Source: Octopus bimaculoides (taxonomy: Eukaryota). From it: 64,000 nucleotides of DNA. The notes below the pieces were generated by a model. It saw only the letters and a list, made by a program, of their open reading frames with translations. It did not search any database and was not told the origin of the DNA. How positions within the stretch are numbered: the stretch's first letter is position 1; every line of letters starts with the position of its first letter. The stretch spans positions 31,470,879-31,534,878 of the forward strand of contig NC_068984.1 in assembly GCF_001194135.2 (NCBI RefSeq), written 5' to 3'. Positions 25,752 to 39,219 of the stretch are shown piece after piece. A program made the translations under genes and the position numbers.

Positions 25752-26102
25752 TAGGATCCAGTTAGTTGTTAATAGACTCTTGAAATTTTTAGTTAATAGT
25801 TTGGAAAATTATGATCTTACTCTCAACTTATCTCAGACTTTTATACACCCAAATTATTTGTGATTGTTGTTTGCCCTCTAGCTATTTCTAATTAAGCAAG
25901 CATGATAGCACCAAAAAAAAAAAAGAATCCAGCTATGATTATACAATCTTCCTTCTCAATCTGTATATCATGTGTTACATTGTAGAATGCTCTGTTAGTG
26001 TTTGAAAAGGTAGGATGAGAATGAGAGTCAAGTGGCTACTATTTCTGTCAAATTTAGTGAGTACATAGAAGCTCCTTGTAATATTTCACCAAACATTATT
26101 TA

Positions 26103-26320
26103 AAAGGTGGTGAGCAGGCAGAGATTTTAGCATGCCAGGTAAAATGTTTAATGGCATTTTATCTTTACGTTCTGAGTTCAAATTTTGCTAAGGTTGCCTT
26201 TTGTCTTTCATTCATTCAGGGTCAATAAAATAAATACCAGTTAAACACTGGGTTGATGTAATTGAATTATCCGCTTCCTTTAAATTGTTGGCATTGTGCC
26301 AAAATGTGACATCAATATTT
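26103..26320 (+). mobile_element. SINE family C
   Basis: aaggtggtgagcaggcagag...ttctgagttcaaattt...gggtcaataaaataaataccagttaaacactgggttgat. Confidence 0.85.
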
Positions 26321-28972
26321 CACTAAATTTTTCTGTTTAAATCTGGCAACTGAACTTCCACCATCTCTAGGCTATGAATCTAAATGTAACTGTCTACCAT
26401 CAATGTTGAACTATCTAAATAATTTGTTACCAACTTATATACATTTATTGCATGTAAAGTCTTGGTTTTCAGTCACTCTAACAGGTTTTCAGTTACTCTC
26501 ATAAAAAAACCCATTTCACTTTTCCATATGTTCATTACTTGCACTAAGTACACAGCACCAAGTTCTTACTTACTTGTTCTTCAAATGGTACTGGAATTAT
26601 GCACAGCCTGTTGCTAATTGTATCTTTGGTGGTGTTTCAGATCTTTGCATACTATACGATTATTCCAGTTTAGGAAGTATTTTGTAGCAATTCTAAAAAT
26701 GTATGTATGTTTGTGTGTGTGTGTGTGTGAGTGTGTGNNNNNNNNNNNNNNNNNNNNNNNNNNNNNNNNNNNNNNNNNNNNNNNNNNNNNNNNNNNNNNN
26801 NNNNNNNNNNNNNNNNNNNNNNNNNNNNNNNNNNNNNNNNNNNNNNNNNNNNNNNNNNNNNNNNNNNNNNNNNNNNNNNNNNNNNNNNNNNNNNNNNNNN
26901 NNNNNNNNNNNNNNNNNNNNNNNNNNNNNNNNNNNNNNNNNNNNNNNNNNNNNNNNNNNNNNNNNNNNNNNNNNNNNNNNNNNNNNNNNNNNNNNNNNNN
27001 NNNNNNNNNNNNNNNNNNNNNNNNNNNNNNNNNNNNNNNNNNNNNNNNNNNNNNNNNNNNNNNNNNNNNNNNNNNNNNNNNNNNNNNNNNNNNNNNNNNN
27101 NNNNNNNNNNNNNNNNNNNNNNNNNNNNNNNNNNNNNNNNNNNNNNNNNNNNNNNNNNNNNNNNNNNNNNNNNNNNNNNNNNNNNNNNNNNNNNNNNNNN
27201 NNNNNNNNNNNNNNNNNNNNNNNNNNNNNNNNNNNNNNNNNNNNNNNNNNNNNNNNNNNNNNNNNNNNNNAGAGAGAGAGAGAGAGAGAAAGCATGTATT
27301 TGCATCTCTGTGTGTGCGTATGCATCTTGCGCAAATGTTTATCTGTTTATCGTGACATTCGGAAATATCAAATCGAAACAAGTGTTCTTTGAACAAATTC
27401 CATGATATGTGTTCATCCCCATGTTACAAGTACACCCTTGCTGATCTTGCTATTCCAGAATGTTATGAAGCAGTAATAGTACATTGGAAACCTGTTTCCC
27501 ATAACACAAATGTTTACCAATTAAATAAGTAAATATAAATAAACGAACCCCACCAATATCAGGTAGGTGTTCCTTTCATCCTTTGAGTTGTCAATAACAA
27601 AAGTCCTAGCCAAGTAACAAGATATATCCTAGATGTGAGTAGATTTATAATAGAAAAGTAAGACTGAAACGAAATAGCATGATGGCTCTTAAAGAAAGCA
27701 GAAACAACTGGTTATCTGGTTATAAAACAGAAGAAAGTTATTCTTGCATTTAAAATTCAGATAATATCCTCATATATATTATATACATAATAAATATAAT
27801 CTAAAACTAATATTTTCCCTAGCTCCGAGATGATATTTCAAGCTGTGATAAAACCATCTCAATTTCTGCTGATAATACTTGATATCTGGAATTTAATATC
27901 TTAAACTGAGATATATTACCATTTGATTCTGTAATACTGATATCTCAAGCTAGAGCAGTAGAGAATATCTTGTGGTGAATTCAGAATTATAACCCAGATA
28001 TATACATACCTACAGATCTCTGAAAGTTACACATATCTTAGTATGCTTGCATATATCCTGGAAAATATTCAGACGGACTACTTTTACATTCGTGCAGTAT
28101 TTTGTATTGTTTATTTCTTAGTATATATATGGAAACAATATTGACTATTTTGTTCATTTCTGTCTGTATTTACGTCCATTTTTACACATTAACAAGGATT
28201 AGACACATAAGATATTAAAGCATTGTTTCTCAGTAGGATATCCTCCCTGTCACTGGCTCTTGTCTTTTTTTTCAAGTAAAGGAGCTCTTATTTTACATGT
28301 CTTCAATGTCAAAATGCAAGCAGGCAATTTGCTGACAGGGAAAATGACAGCAACATTATTGTTTGTAACTCAACAATTTTCATAGATGTGCAAATCTAAA
28401 CACATATATTAATGCACACGTGTACAGACATGCATACACATATGTGTGTGACTGTGTGTGTATTTATATATATCGATATATATATATATATATANNNNNN
28501 NNNNNNNNNNNNNNNNNNNNNNNNNNNNNNNNNNNNNNNNNNNNNNNNNNNNNNNNNNNNNNNNNNNNNNNNNNNNNNNNNNNNNNNNNNNNNNNNNNNN
28601 NNNNNNNNNNNNNNNNNNNNNNNNNNNNNNNNNNNNNNNNNNNNNNNNNNNNNNNNNNNNNNNNNNNNNNNNNNNNNNNNNNNNNNNNNNNNNNNNNNNN
28701 NNNNNNNNNNNNNNNNNNNNNNNNNNNNNNNNNNNNNNNNNNNNNNNNNNNNNNNNNNNNNNNNNNNNNNNNNNNNNNNNNNNNNNNNNNNNNNNNNNNN
28801 NNNNNNNNNNNNNNNNNNNNNNNNNNNNNNNNNNNNNNNNNNNNNNNNNNNNNNNNNNNNNNNNNNNNNNNNNNNNNNNNNNNNNNNNNNNNNNNNNNNN
28901 NNNNNNNNNNNNNNNNNNNNNNNNNNNNNNNNNNNNNNNNNNNNNNNNNNNNNNNNNNNNNNNNNNNNNNNN

Positions 28973-29007
<35 letters not shown>

Positions 29008-31239
29008 TGTAAAAAGGTTGAATTTAGATTCATCCTATAATTTGGAGGTTTCCAAATAAGATTTCTAATATTGATTCTTCATATTTTGCTGATAGTTTAC
29101 AGGCATAAATTTGTGAATATAAAAATAATGCTTGTATATCATGTGTGGTGAATTTGTGGAAAGGAATCCCATAAAAATCAACAATTTAGTTAAAAATAGA
29201 GAAATTGTGAAAATATGTAAGAGAATTTTAATTCATGCAGACAATCTTTTCATAAAGAGATATAAAAATAATACAAATTTTTGATTGAATTGAATTAAAT
29301 TAATTAAAGAAATTAATTATATATCAATGCAAAAGTATAATCAGTGCAAAAGTATAAACAAAATTTTTATAAAGAACTTGAGAAAAGAAATAGCAGGAGA
29401 TTCATATTTATCCTTACATACATATGCACACACAGCATGACTGCCTACATACACTATTTTATTTCTATCTTTGATTTGTTTCAGTTATTGAATTTTCGCT
29501 ATGCTTTTGATCTCTTTTGCCATATCACTAATTTACAGGTATGTAAAAGCACCAAGACATACACATAACACTCACACACGCACATGTATACACATGCACA
29601 TACAAATGTATATATGATGAGCTTCTTTCAGTTTCCATCTACTAAACAAACTACAACATGTTCTCAAAAAATGATTCAGTAATGCTGGTGCATATGGTTC
29701 CATATCTACTCTCTATTGAACATTGTTTTCTATAAGTCCAGTAACAACAAATTCTTGAATTTGTTTGGCAACTTATTTGTTACTGAGGCTATGCTCCAGA
29801 TCTATCTAACAGATTCCTTAACATTACCTGACTGAAATTAGTTATTCATCAGAAATGAATAGACTAAATAATGAACTCTAACCATATACAATCTAATTAG
29901 GCTGTTAGAGTTGATTTTCTGATTATACTTCCCTATTGAATAGTTTTACATGCGTTCCCATAATAAACAATGAAGTAAATTGATGAAGGATTAGCAAGCC
30001 TTAAGCAGTTAGCAATATCTTTTCCTTTACCCTTTCCTTTCTTTGGCAGAAGTCAGTATGGAGGGATTCAATATAACTTCTTTTTCATGCAAAACTTTAC
30101 CTTTGGCTGATCTAAAATTTTAGGCACGTTTAAGCTGAGTGATAATCAATTCCTATTATCCCGTTTTTGTCAGTTTCTGTAAAATGAATATTTAGTTTCT
30201 CTCTTTTCTTCCAAACCTACATAATCCTCTCTAACCTGCATGACACTAAAAGAACTTTAATTAAGATGCACCATTTATAGGTACACTTTAGATGCAGTAC
30301 TCAAATTGATATTACAAATACATTAAAATAAATTTTGCATTTATTAAGGATTTGTTAACAAATGAAATTTGAGTGTCACATCAGTGAGAGTAGATAATAT
30401 CACTCTGGAGACAAAGGGAAAATAGATTGTTTATAGAAAATTGACAAACCATGAAATATTATGTATTGATTATCCATTCAGAGTAACCATGCCTAACATT
30501 TTAAACCAACAAATAAATGTGTTCCAAATGAAAACTAAAAGTTTCTATTGGTCCTTGGGGTACTGACTTCTTTTGATAATCCTCAGGCAACTGGTAAATA
30601 AGGTTAATCAATAGAGAAATATTAGTAGTATAACAACCTGTTGGAAAATGATTCATTGTAATAGGTTCTGTGGCTGTAAAGTTCTTGTATCAGATTAAAG
30701 TGGCGCGTGTGTATCTCACTGAAGGATTTTCAACTTGTAGTATCTATTGTAGCTGGAGTGGATCAGGTTATAAATTGCTGCATCTAACTAAAGTGTTGTG
30801 TAGCAATCTTTTCAAAGGTTGTATAACATGTAATAACCTCTGAAACTGCAATAGTTGTAGCTGGAATCCTGTTACGACCAACAAAAACAGGGTCTATCTT
30901 GCTGCTGGATAATCTTTGTTTCAGCTTTAACAATGGTCTATAGATTCAGGATTGTCCAAGTGTTTGAATTTCCTTCCACGGATGAAAATGGAAAGCAGCT
31001 TGAGTCAGAACATGTTACTTCCATAGCCAACTTCCTTTGGTATTGGCAAATACCAGATATGATGTATAACTGCTATAAAAGCGCTGTACAAACACAGTAA
31101 AATCACAGCATAATCACTATACAAAGACAATACGAAGCAATGCGCAAGCACTGATTCAAGAAAATTAAAAATTATTACTTTGAATCTGTTAGTTCAAGTT
31201 ACACAATTACCTTGCTTCTAACATTTCTCTATCAACAAA

Positions 31240-31365
31240 ATTATCATCATCATCATCATCCCCATCACCATTACCACCACTACTGCCACAGCCGCTGCCA
31301 CCACCACCACTGCTGCCGCCGCCGCCACCACCACCACCACCACCNNNNNNNNNNCACCACCACGA
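31240..31365. repeat. (CAT)/(CAC)/(GCC) triplet array with 10-N gap
   Basis: Direct reading. Confidence 0.9.
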
Positions 31366-31599
31366 TTCCATGCATGCATGAGTCAGACAGAATTCATCAA
31401 AGCAGATTTTCTATGACCTGTTGCCCTTCTTATTGCCAACCATCACTTGTTTCCAAGCAAGATAATATTCTTCATGGCCAGACAATTTTTTGCCACAGAA
31501 AACTGGTATGATGGGGATGCTCATATACAATCATTGTGTGATGTTAGGAAAATGCTATACTCACATGCAGTACACATGCACATATATGCAACAGGCTCC

Positions 31600-31745
31600 T
31601 TTCAGTTTTTTTCTACCATGTACAGTTACAAGGCTTTGGTGAGTCTGGGGCTATAGTAGAAGACACATGCCAAAAGTGCTGCACAGTAAGACCGAACACA
31701 AGACTGCATAGTTAGGAATCAAGCTTCCTAACCACATAGCAACAC
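31600..31745 (-). mobile_element. SINE family A, 5' half, degenerate
   Basis: ctttcagttt...acaaggctttgg...ggctatagtagaagacac...taaccacatagc. Confidence 0.75.
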
Positions 31746-32519
31746 ACTTGTGCTTGTACACACTAAAATATAGCACTTGCAACAAACAAGTTTTTGATAC
31801 ACTTTTAAGAATACAACCTTAAGAAATATCAAGAAACTATCATTCACCCTCACAAACCCAACAGATATTATTTTTAAATTTTAGTTATTTTAAACATTCT
31901 TATCATTCTAATAAAATTACTTTCAATAATAAAAGTAATCAAATACAAACAAAATAATATGGTTACATAAGAATATTGCCAGAAATGAAATATATATATC
32001 TTTTTCGGAAATTCCTTCACCTATATTTGTGATAAAAAGAAAGAGAGAGAAAAGAAATTTCAATCTGTTCTGGTGGTAACCAATTGAATAAAATATTATC
32101 ATGTCAAAATTAATATTCTTTTAAGATGTGTTTAAATATAGAGTGATACATTTTCTGGACGTTTTTATGTAGTAGTGGATGCCACAGTTTTCTCAAACTA
32201 GATTTTATGAATTTGGAACACCATATTCCACTAAATTCTGATATTTTTATGCCTTATGAATCTATATTGTCACTTAGCCAATACATTAGTGGCTCATTCT
32301 TTCTTCTCCATGTAACGATGTAAACAACAAGAAGGTAATCTGACATCAGCATTAATTAAAGGGTTTTTGTACACGTCACAGGTTTTTTGTAACATTAATT
32401 TTAGCTTTGAAATATATGTAGTCCTTATTTACCTTCTCCTTTCCTTATATCCTTGATATATATATATATATATATAGATATATATATATATAATGAACTC
32501 TCCCATCAAAAAACAATGT

Positions 32520-32780
32520 ATGAATGTTCAATGATAGTGGGGGGGACAAACACAGACACGCAAACATGTATATATAAATACGACAGGCTTCTTTCAGTTT
32601 CCATCTACCAAATCTACTCACAAGGCTTTTGTCAGCCCATGGCTATAGTAGACGACACTTGCCCAAANNNNNNNNNNGGCTATAGTAGACGACACTTGCC
32701 CAAAGTGTCACGCAGTGGGACTGAACCCAGAACCATGTGGTTGGTAAGCAATCTACTTACCACACAGTCACACCTGTGCC
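32520..32780 (-). mobile_element. SINE family A with an unmerged contig overlap
   Basis: Matches 59197-59430 in reverse; the 27-bp GGCTATAGTAGACGACACTTGCCCAAA appears on both sides of the 10-N gap (32641-32667, 32678-32704). Confidence 0.9.
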
Positions 32781-33397
32781 TATATGTTAATATATATATT
32801 GATAAATATTAGTAATAAAGCTAATATACTACTTCTCCCAATCTCAATCATTCTTTCTCTTTCTTCCCAGAAGGCAAGTTTAATATAACGTTAACAGGTT
32901 ATATTGCAAACAATTAAATACGTGGAAGATTTGATTACTTTCAGTTATATTAAGATATTTTATTATGTATCGCTTTCCTTTAATGAGATTTTGAGTCAAT
33001 ATTAGCATTTTAAACATATTTTTAGTGTTCTTTGAAGGATGAGGAAAAAGAAAACGTTTAAAGCAAATAATTCTTAAGCTGTGAAATATAGACTTTGGTA
33101 TTTTCAAGGGAATTCTTAAGGAAAATGTGGCATATTCTCGGATTCAGGCATTCAAAATACTTATGAGTCAATTTATTACATGTAATACACACCCACTTCT
33201 CACTCACCACACAGATACACAAACTGGCACAAACCCATGAACACATGCAGAAGCAAACACATACACATAATCATGAATGTTGTATATATTTCCTTTTAAA
33301 GAATAGATCTATAGATACACACACACACTCACACACATGCGCACAATCATAAATGGCATATTCACAATCTATTTTTAAAAATCATTAATGCACACAA

Positions 33398-33454
<57 letters not shown>

Positions 33455-34459
33455 TACACACATGCCTTCATACACATACAAACACAATCATGGTTGGTGT
33501 ATTTATTTACTGCATAAAAACATAGAAATATTTGTGGTGAGCATGTGTAGAAGTTGGTGTATCCAAATGTGGTAAGTAGAATTGCAAATCCATAAGTGAA
33601 GATATAATCGGATACAATCTGCAATGATATTAATGCATAATGAGACATCTATCCTTCTTAGAAGCCACAGTTTTCACCAGCAATTCAATAAAAAAAATTC
33701 ACAAAAAAAATTAGCTACAGTTATACATCTAAAGATTGTTACATCACAAAGAACCACAATGTAAGAAAACAATTCACAGAACAAAAAGACAAGATATAAT
33801 ACTAAAAGAAGACATGACGTTGTACTTAACTAAGCATTTGTAGAGTAAAAGAGGATATATCTACATAGGTTCTGAGCCAACAAAGAACCCTTCTACTCAA
33901 TTGCTTAGAGATAGAAACCTAATTTCCCTCAGATTAACAACTACCATCTCAAAAAAGAAGAAACTGGATAATTTAAGCCAATGTACTCCCTATCAGAAAA
34001 AAAAAAATGGGATAGTCATACTTGGACTACTTTAAATTTTGGATGTGGTCAACTTGAAGCTAATTTCACATTGATTTCACAAAGAATTTCACAAAGGAAT
34101 TTCTAATATGCAAGAGGAGTTGATCAACAAAAGACAAAGCAAGCAAGACACAGGAGAGCAGTCGAAATATGGCAAAATTTTCTCTTGATTTTGTTATGGT
34201 CTCTGTTCGTCAAGGCTGGCTATGCATTTGTGCAACATCTTTGTGCAGGTTTGGGCAGTGTTTTTTGAGAAGACTAGTAGTTGCCCAGTCTTTAAAGTCG
34301 TACTCTCACTGAAAAACAGAAAACTACGATCCAAGCAAGCCTTATATTTGTATGAAGTGAAATCTTCCAACGTAACTCACCTTCTCCACTTGTTCTCTGC
34401 CTTGTTATGATCCCACCAACAAACTTGCTAAATGAAACCACAAAGGGAAACATGTGTTG

Positions 34460-35650
34460 CAGACAAAATAAAAATCTTCACTAACTGTAATAAAGAAGTA
34501 GTGAAGTAGAAAAACTTTCTAAAAATTGGTGATGACAGTGGGATTAAGCAAATGTGTCAATGCAACATTAAGGAGTGGCAAATTCACCAGCACTGAAAAT
34601 ATTGCACAAAACACGGACACTAAATGTAGAAAACTAGTTCATAATCAACCTTAAAAATATCTAGGAATAGACAAGAAAGCTAAAATACAACACAGAAATG
34701 AAAAGGAAAGAATATTATAGAAGTGGTAGACTAATATTAAAATCTGAACTCAACATTAGAAATACGATAATAGTTATAAATAAGCTAGCCATACCAATCA
34801 TAAACTTGATATAATAAACTGGAACATAAATGAACTAAAACAAATTAGATAGAAAAACCAGGAAACTACTAACAACATGCCAAAGTTACCATCTCAAAGC
34901 AGATATAGACAGAATATATCTACCACACACACACACAGGGAGGGTGTAGCCTGACACAAAGAAAACTTCTACAAAAAACATTTAGACTAAAAATTTACTT
35001 AGAAACAAAGAATGAAAGACACATAAATGTAATAAAGAAGCAAAAACAAAAACACAATCAATCCTCTCTAGACACAAGGAAGCAATAAAATACAAGGAAG
35101 AAACAAACTATATTAGAAGAATAAATTTAGTTAAGAATGTAACAGAAATAGTTAAATCTACATGAAAACAAAATTACAAAACATGAAAAAGAAACGAAGA
35201 GAAAAACCACTCCCTGGCCAATACTCTGCAAAGTTCGATAGAGAAGTAACCCAAAATGAAAGTCTACAATGGCACAAAACCTCTGGTCTAAAAGTAGAAA
35301 CAAAGAAGCTGACTTATACTGCACAGGACTGATGTCTGGCTACAAACAACTGTAAAGATAAAGCGAAAGAATGGATATTATCACTAAATGTAGGATGTGC
35401 AACTAGCACAAAGAGATGGTTGACCACATCATCTCCAGTTACCAGTCTTTAGGCAAGATTACATTAGCAGTTACATTCAATGAGGAATGTGCTAACATTC
35501 CAGTGTGAAAACAAATAAGAAGTGCTACAAGTGTGTGCTGAACATGGTACATGAGAATGACCTAGCCGCAATAATATAGGATATGTCCATCCCAACTAAC
35601 AAAGAGTTCAAAGCAAACTTTTCAAAGATAATTATAAAAAGACAGAAAAA

Positions 35651-35695
<45 letters not shown>

Positions 35696-35820
35696 ATAGA
35701 CGTTTCAATCTCTTGTGAGGAAAATATTGCCCAAAATGAAATGGTGAAACTATCAAAATACAAAGACTTGAAATAGACATGCTGAAATTGTGGGACATAG
35801 AAGTGCACTAGGTAGATCAG
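34460..35820 (+). mobile_element. R4/Dong-like RLE LINE, copy 1 (RT7/thumb, CCHC, RLE end; heavily decayed)
   Basis: GLSKCVNATLRSGKF; KYLGI; RLILKSELN; LDRKTRKLLT..YHLKADIDRIYLP; KCRMCN..KEMVDHIISS; LIDVSISCEENIAQNEMVKLSKYKDL. Confidence 0.8.
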
Positions 35821-35873
35821 TTAAAACTTGCATTAGACTACCGAAGAAAAAAATTTTCACAATAATAGTAATT

Positions 35874-36072
35874 CTTCCTACTATAGGCACAAGGCCTGAC
35901 ATTTTTGGGGAGGAAGTTAGTCAATTACATCGACCCCAGTGTTTCACTGGTACTTAATTCTTTGATCCCGAAAGTCAATCTCAGTGGAATTTGAACTCAG
36001 AACGTAATGATGGGCAAAATACTGCTAAGCATTTCCTCCAGCATACTAATGATTCTGCCAGCACACCACCTT
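35874..36072 (-). mobile_element. SINE family C with 13-bp TSD
   Basis: AATAATAGTAATT at 35861-35873 and 36073-36085. Confidence 0.9.
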
Positions 36073-36087
36073 AATAATAGTAATTAG

Positions 36088-36545
36088 CAGTAGCCCAACA
36101 TTTCGTATATGTAAACAACAAAATGAAACCATTGATCATGTTATTTCCATGTGCAATCTTCTTGCACCTACAGAGTATCACAACAGGCATGACAGAGCAA
36201 CACAGTATCTTTAATGGATAATTTGCAAAAACTTGAACCTGCCCCATGATAAAAACTGATGAGAACACAAAACACCTCCAGTGCTTGAAAATGACCACAT
36301 GATACTCCTCTGGAACTTCACCATTCAGATTGACATAAAGATAGACGTGAATAGGCCAGATATTATATTGAAGGACTTCAGACAAAAATCATGCCTCCTC
36401 ATCGATGACTGTCCCAATCAACATAAATGTATGTGTCAAGACCTACCACAAACTGAGCAAGTATAAAGATCTTGAAATAGAAAATGGCATAATGTGTAAG
36501 ATCAAGACTAAAACAACACCTATTAGCAGAGGTGCACTCATAGCT
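36088..36545 (+). mobile_element. R4/Dong-like RLE LINE, copy 2 (CCHC + RLE)
   Basis: RICKQQNETIDHVISMCNLLAPTEYHNRHDRA...VLENDHMILLWNFTIQIDIKIDVNRPDIILKDFRQKSCLLID / KLSKYKDLEIE. Confidence 0.88.
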
Positions 36546-37139
36546 GAAGGGTGAGATTGAAGGCTTTATCTTCACTGCTCAAGATCAGAGCTTATTGACT
36601 CAGAACTACTCAGCCAATGCGATGGAAAATGCAGTAGACTCAAAGTGCCGAAACTGCAATGATGAGATTGAAACAGTGGACCACCTAATCTCTGGGTGTA
36701 AGGTTTTTAGCACCTGTAGAGTATAAATCAAAACATGACAGAGTTAGCCAATAATATGTCAGTATTTTCAAATCAAAACTGCTGACAAATGGTACAAGTT
36801 ATTTGAAGATGATATTCTTTGTTTACCATCCATGCAGAAAGTGAAAAAGATTGTTTTAACTGGTACGTCATACATATTGAGAAGAGCATTGTCGCTGTGA
36901 ATTTTCTTTTATTTTCCCCTTTATTTTCTTTGTTATCTTGTTTTTATTTTTTATTTTTGCTTCTGACCTTTTCCTTGCTGTCTTTCACCTTTTTTTTCTC
37001 TATCATATGACTTTGTAAATGAAAATCTGGTGTGTTTAATTTAATGGCCTACCAATGTAAACAGTGAGTTTTTCTGCCCTAGGTGTCGGGAAGACACTCT
37101 GTAAGAAATGGAAAGAAAATTGAAAATAATAATAACAAC

Positions 37140-37180
<41 letters not shown>

Positions 37181-37185
37181 TAATT
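36546..37185 (+). mobile_element. R4/Dong-like RLE LINE, copy 3 (CCHC, internal deletion, C-terminus, 3' UTR, (AAT)n tail)
   Basis: EGFIFTAQDQSLLTQNY...KCRNCNDEIETVDHLISGCK...EYKSKHDRV; LTGTSYILRRALSL*; 3' UTR shared with 54290-54350. Confidence 0.85.
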
Positions 37186-37709
37186 AAGGTTTAATTAATT
37201 ACAAACAGTATCAACATTTGTGGTATTTTTCCTTTGTGTCACATTTTCTATTTGATTTTATCGAGATGCAAATGTTGGTAGAAATATCAACTGGAAAAAA
37301 TAATTGAAGCTGCAATGGGATTATGTGGTTTGCATTAATATTTATGGCCAATAGACTTGTAGGAAAGATAATTATATGTAGTGACAAATACACAAACATG
37401 CACACACATACACTGAGAAACATACATGACTGTATGTCTGTATGCATATATGTATGTGTGTATATATATATTTATATGCATAAATATATATATGTATATA
37501 TGAATATATATATATATATACATACATATATATGTATATGAGTGTGTATGTGTGTATAGCTATATATCTTCTTGTGTTATTGGAGATTACTGTAGAATGA
37601 GCTTGTACTTGATTTATGTTTGAGTTTTCTAAATACCGGTATGTATGGGGTATGTGTGTGCAAATATGTGTAAACAACTGAAGAGAAGTTGTGAGAAAGG
37701 AATCATTAT

Positions 37710-37900
37710 TGTTTTTGTCATCATCATCGTCATTGTCAAAATCCAATTTTGGGGCCATCATGTATCAAATAGGTCTGCTCTAGCACTATGCTACACCTAC
37801 TGCTATAGTTCCACATCGTCTAATCATTTCATCATCTCATGCATAATTTTCACATCCTGTGATCAGCTATCAACAGTTCTTCACACATGTCGCCTCATCT
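37710..37900 (-). mobile_element. Possible RTE LINE extreme C-terminus + (GAT)n tail
   Basis: Decayed GHV.R..D..W and DDE..R..GT-like words before a GAT run. Confidence 0.4.
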
Positions 37901-38776
37901 TTCTTTTTTTTTTGCAAGTTGCTTCCAAGATTGATTGACAATTCTCCCAATTATCATCTTTCTTATACATCACATGCTTAACATCAATCATCAATACAGT
38001 TTTCTATTTTGCACATAACAGATGCTTCCTCTCACACCTATGTGTCTCTCATCTTACTGTGTTCCATTGTTCATGCATACTGATATAACACATCCTGCAC
38101 ATCCTCTATATACCAAGTATATCTTCTCAAATAGATAAATGTATGTCTTCATTCAATGTATGAGGATCTGTGTATGCAAATATCCATATGAATACGTCTA
38201 TATATGTGTTAATGTAAAATGTCATCTTTTCATTTTTTAATGTTCATTTTCCTATGTTGGAATAGGTTGGATACTTACTTGCATGTGTACATTCAATTTG
38301 TGAGGCCTCTTTCTCTGCTCCCTGAAACATTTCCCTTAATCATATACTGGAAATTATGAGGGTATTTTCAAGAGTCGGCACATGAATCATAAATCCTACT
38401 TTAAACTGGTAAACAAAAGAAACAATAGAAATGTCATGCCATATATGGGATTTGAAAGATCATGGTTTTGAAAAGATAAACATCTTGTTAATACTGAATT
38501 CTAGCAACAGGCCACTACTTGTACAAGTTAATAAAGGATCTTAATTAGAAAATCAGATTCAATTGCCAAGTGTGGCCCTATGAATATGAGCTATATGAGC
38601 ATTCGTAACAAAACTAATGAGACGGTTCTAATATAAGCAAGTCTGTAGATCATCATTCTCCATAAGCATGTTAAACCAGATACCTACAAAACAACTACTA
38701 ACCCCATCTGGGGATTTTTTATAGACAGGAATATGAAACTGTGCGTGATACAGTACTATAAACTGGAATCAGTCTA

Positions 38777-39000
38777 ATCATCATCATCATCATCATCATC
38801 ACGTCTGTTTTTTTCATGGTAGCATGGGTTGGACAGTTCGACTGGGGTCTGGGAAGTCAGGAGGATGCACCAGGCTCCAGTCTGATCTGGCAGGGTTTCT
38901 ACAGCTGGATGCCCTTCCTAACGCCAACCACTCTGTGAGTGTAGTGGGTGATTTTTACGCACCACCGGCACAGGGGCAAGAGGAAGCTGGCAATGGCCAT
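38777..39000 (-). mobile_element. Repeat family B (well preserved)
   Basis: (ATC)n, catgggttggacagttcgactggggtctgg...ctggatgcccttcctaacgccaaccactc...gtagtgggtg. Confidence 0.85.
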
Positions 39001-39002
39001 GA

Positions 39003-39192
39003 GAGGGGCTAAGTCAATTACATCAACCCCAGTATGCAACTGGTACTTATTTTATCAACTCCGAAAAGATGAAAGGCAAAGCCAACTTGGCAGATTTTGA
39101 ACTCAGAACTTAAACACAGACGAAATACCACTAAGGAATTTTGCCCAATGTGCTAATATTATACTCTCATGATTCTGCCTGCTCATTGCCTG
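39003..39192 (-). mobile_element. SINE family C
   Basis: Reverse complement of the adjacent plus-strand copy. Confidence 0.88.
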
Positions 39193-39219
39193 AAGAGAGT
39201 ATAATATTAATAATGTCTA

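Noticed and set aside
30780-31110. Cadherin-like DPVF word (minus) or RT-like GI...ITAIKALYKHS (plus)
   Set aside because: Multiple stops and shifts. An old RTE RT remnant is possible but too degraded to call by eye.
32641-32704. 27-bp direct repeat around a gap, resembling a TSD
   Set aside because: Identical sequence on both sides of a 10-N placeholder inside a SINE indicates an unmerged contig overlap.
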